Positions 61,860-64,000 of a DNA stretch of 64,000 bases are shown one piece after another. Position 1 is the stretch's first letter. Every line of letters begins with the position of its first letter. The position numbers and the translations under genes are program-made. The notes beneath the pieces are model-generated. The model was not told where the DNA came from, did not search any database, and saw nothing but the letters and a program-made list of their open reading frames with translations. Source of the stretch: Phoronis australis (Eukaryota > Animalia > Phoronida); the NCBI GenBank assembly GCA_002633005.1, contig NMRA01000306.1, forward strand, positions 353,866-417,865, given 5' to 3'.

Positions 61860-63140
61860 CCCGACCTTCCAACACCCCTAAAAATAAACAAACTTCAACC
61901 ATATCTTATTTGTTACCCATCCTCCCTTATCACCTGTATTATCCGTATCGCCCACGGTTTCACTTACGGTTTTCATGTCGGTTTATCCTCATCATTTCCC
62001 TCTCCACCTCCGCATAATCATACTTCGGTGGTCCTGAACTCCGATGTAATTAAGCAAAAAGTCACCATGATGTAGATTGTGGCCGCTATTCCGGTCCCCA
62101 CTAATACCCACTATTTGACACTCCATCACCTGGGCTCATTTCTAGGTAAGACTCCGGTAAGTTTCGCCTTGTCAATAACCTTTCATATCCATCCAGGGAG
62201 TGTGATTCCGTTAATTCTGATATTATCTTTTCTTTCACTCAGGTTCACTATCAAACCATTGAAAACACCATGCATCTCGTCCGCAACTCCGGCCACAATT
62301 TTCTCATTGCTAAAACACACGTACAGGACGCCTTTACAATCGTTCCCGTAAACCCTTTTAGTTACTGTTTCCTTGGGTTTGTGTGGGCTGGTAAGTATTA
62401 TTTCAACCGATGTCTCCCTTTGGTCTTTCTTTCTGATGTAACATATTTAAACTTATCAGTTCATCCTTCGGATGGATTTTCAGAAAAAACTGAATGCCCA
62501 AGGGGTGTCCCATCTTCTTAACAACTTCTTCTTCGTTGTCTCCTAATCCCCCTGATGCTCTTCATATCTCCAAACCCTTCTCATCTTCTGTGAGAAAATA
62601 GGTGTTCCCATTAATCACCAAAATACCTCCCTTCCAACAACCTCCCTCACTGTCAATGGAATCCATCTTGACTGGAAAACTATGACGGCTCCCCTGCCGG
62701 AGTACAAACTTACTAAGGCCCTACAACTATTAAAAAAACTTTCAACATACAAGTTCTGTGTTATTACGTGACTTCTCATTGGCTTGCTCAATTTTGCCTG
62801 CTTTGTCGTCGTTCCTGGTCGGGCCTTCCTCCGTCGACCTCACTTTTCGCATATAACAAACTCATTATCACGTCACTCTCATCAAAGAGGCCCCTACTGA
62901 CATTCACGCTTGGCTTTCTCTTTTCCAATCCTTCAATGGTAAGGTTATGTTCCTTTTCGAACATTGTACCTCATAACAATCACTCAAACTGTATACTAAC
63001 TCTGTACGCCGCTGTTTGCAGGTCTAACTTGTTTTCTGGCCCTTGGCCTTCCTATATCTCCCATGTTTCATCACCTTCAAGGAACTCTTCCCCATCGTTC
63101 TTGCCTAAGAGATTTGGGGTCCTACATGTAAATTGCTAAC
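61860..63140 (+). pseudogene. Ngaro/DIRS reverse transcriptase and RNase H remnant
   Basis: PTPLKI..HGFTYGFHVG..NHTS, GKFRLVNNLSY, IAKTHVQDAFTIVPV..LGFVWAGKYYFNRCLP, HLLNNFFF (for HYLDDF), GVPINH, LIGLLNFACFVVVPGRAFLRR, ELFPIVLA..IWG. Confidence 0.9.
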
Positions 63141-63173
63141 CCTCGCATTCGTTCAATGTGCGACAACCATTAA

Positions 63174-63740
63174 GTGATTCCATGCATCTCTTTACCCTGC
63201 CATATTCTCCACGGTCTTTCGCGCCTTGCTTGGTGTGAATTTACTGTTGCAGCCTCTGCCTCCTCATCGCTCTTCATCTTCCTGGTCTCTGACGTCTCCG
63301 TCACCTCTACGTCGATGTCTCTCACTATTTCCCACTACAAACATCATGACCACACACCAACCATTGTCATCATTCCTCGTTCTACCAGACTTCATTGCCT
63401 TGTTTCAACCCCCTTCAGCACTACCTCAGTCTCTCCAACCACTCCTCGGGTCTCCTCTTCCAGTTTCCAAATGGTTCCCCCATCTCTTGCTCATTGTTCA
63501 TTTGCAACCTTAACTTAGTACTCGAGTGCGTCGGTCTCGATCCTAAATGCTATACATCACTTAATTTCCGTATTAGCGCACCCACCTCCGATGCGACCTT
63601 TCAAACCCCTGACTCGACCATTCAGCGTATGGGTGGCAGGAAGTCCGACGCTTCCATGAACTTTGTTCGTCTACCCTCCCTCCACTTCCCCCTACTAACG
63701 TTCCCACTCACGCATTACCTTAAACATCTGCCTCTTCCAT
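63174..63740 (+). pseudogene. Tyrosine recombinase remnant
   Basis: HGLSR..EFT..LTISHYKH..LFQFPNGSPIS..GLDPKCYTSLNFRISAPTS..IQRMGGRKSDASMNFVR, a degenerate form of HSFRIGAAT...GRWKSxAxxxYxR. Confidence 0.88.
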
Positions 63741-63742
63741 AA

Positions 63743-63995
63743 GCAGCTGTATTGCCAGTGCTCAGCCTCACCACACCTTTTCTCACTAACCGGGCAACTT
63801 TATTGCCGGTGCCCAATCCCACCCACCAATACTTTTTATCATAGGGGCAACTGTATTGCCGGTGTCCAGTTCACTAGTCATTTTCATCTCAGGGGCAATT
63901 TTTTTGGCAATGTCCAATAACGCTCACCAACATCTTCCTTTTACGGGTAACTGTACTGCCAGTGTACTTTTCACTCCCCAACATTTTCCACCCTA
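63743..63995 (+). repeat. Five degenerate ~50-bp tandem units, each with a GGCAA-N5-TTGCC mini-hairpin core
   Basis: GGGCAACTGTATTGCCGGTG-like cores at about 63743, 63792, 63845, 63893 and 63946. Confidence 0.8.
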
Positions 63996-64000
63996 GGGCC

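Larger units (their letters stand above)
60850..64000 (+). mobile_element. DIRS-order (Ngaro-like) tyrosine-recombinase retrotransposon, degenerate, runs off the window
   Basis: gag, RT, RNase H and YR remnants in order on +. The true 5' end is probably further left (about 60000-60800) but could not be fixed. Confidence 0.9.

Noticed and set aside
63743-63995. CRISPR-like look (palindromic ~20-bp repeats with ~30-bp spacers)
   Set aside because: The repeats are degenerate, the spacers resemble each other, there are no cas genes, and the context is a eukaryotic retroelement.

Overview
This is AT-rich animal genomic DNA, most likely from a marine invertebrate (an inference from the transposon spectrum). 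I found no intact host gene; the window is mostly degraded and nested transposons. Supported elements: five TTAA-flanked Kolobok-type DNA transposons plus a Kolobok-type MITE, four of which keep convergent 5' stubs of the THAP transposase and KolX genes; one BEL/Pao LTR retrotransposon (21569-29322, both LTRs, PBS, PPT, GTTCA TSD) carrying nested insertions; an Academ deletion derivative (TAA TSD); a DD37D/maT mariner fragment; 3' fragments of an I-group LINE and a Tx1/L1 LINE; a Helentron-type HINE; and a DIRS/Ngaro tyrosine-recombinase retroelement running off the right edge. The most unusual signal is a dense scatter of short TA-duplicating insertions (TACATGTA, TAGGCCTA, TACTGTA). Comparison of paralogous copies and reading-frame restoration inside the window show that some are true +6/+5 insertions at TA, consistent with DNA-transposon excision footprints. 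All assignments come from manual motif recognition; no database searches were run.
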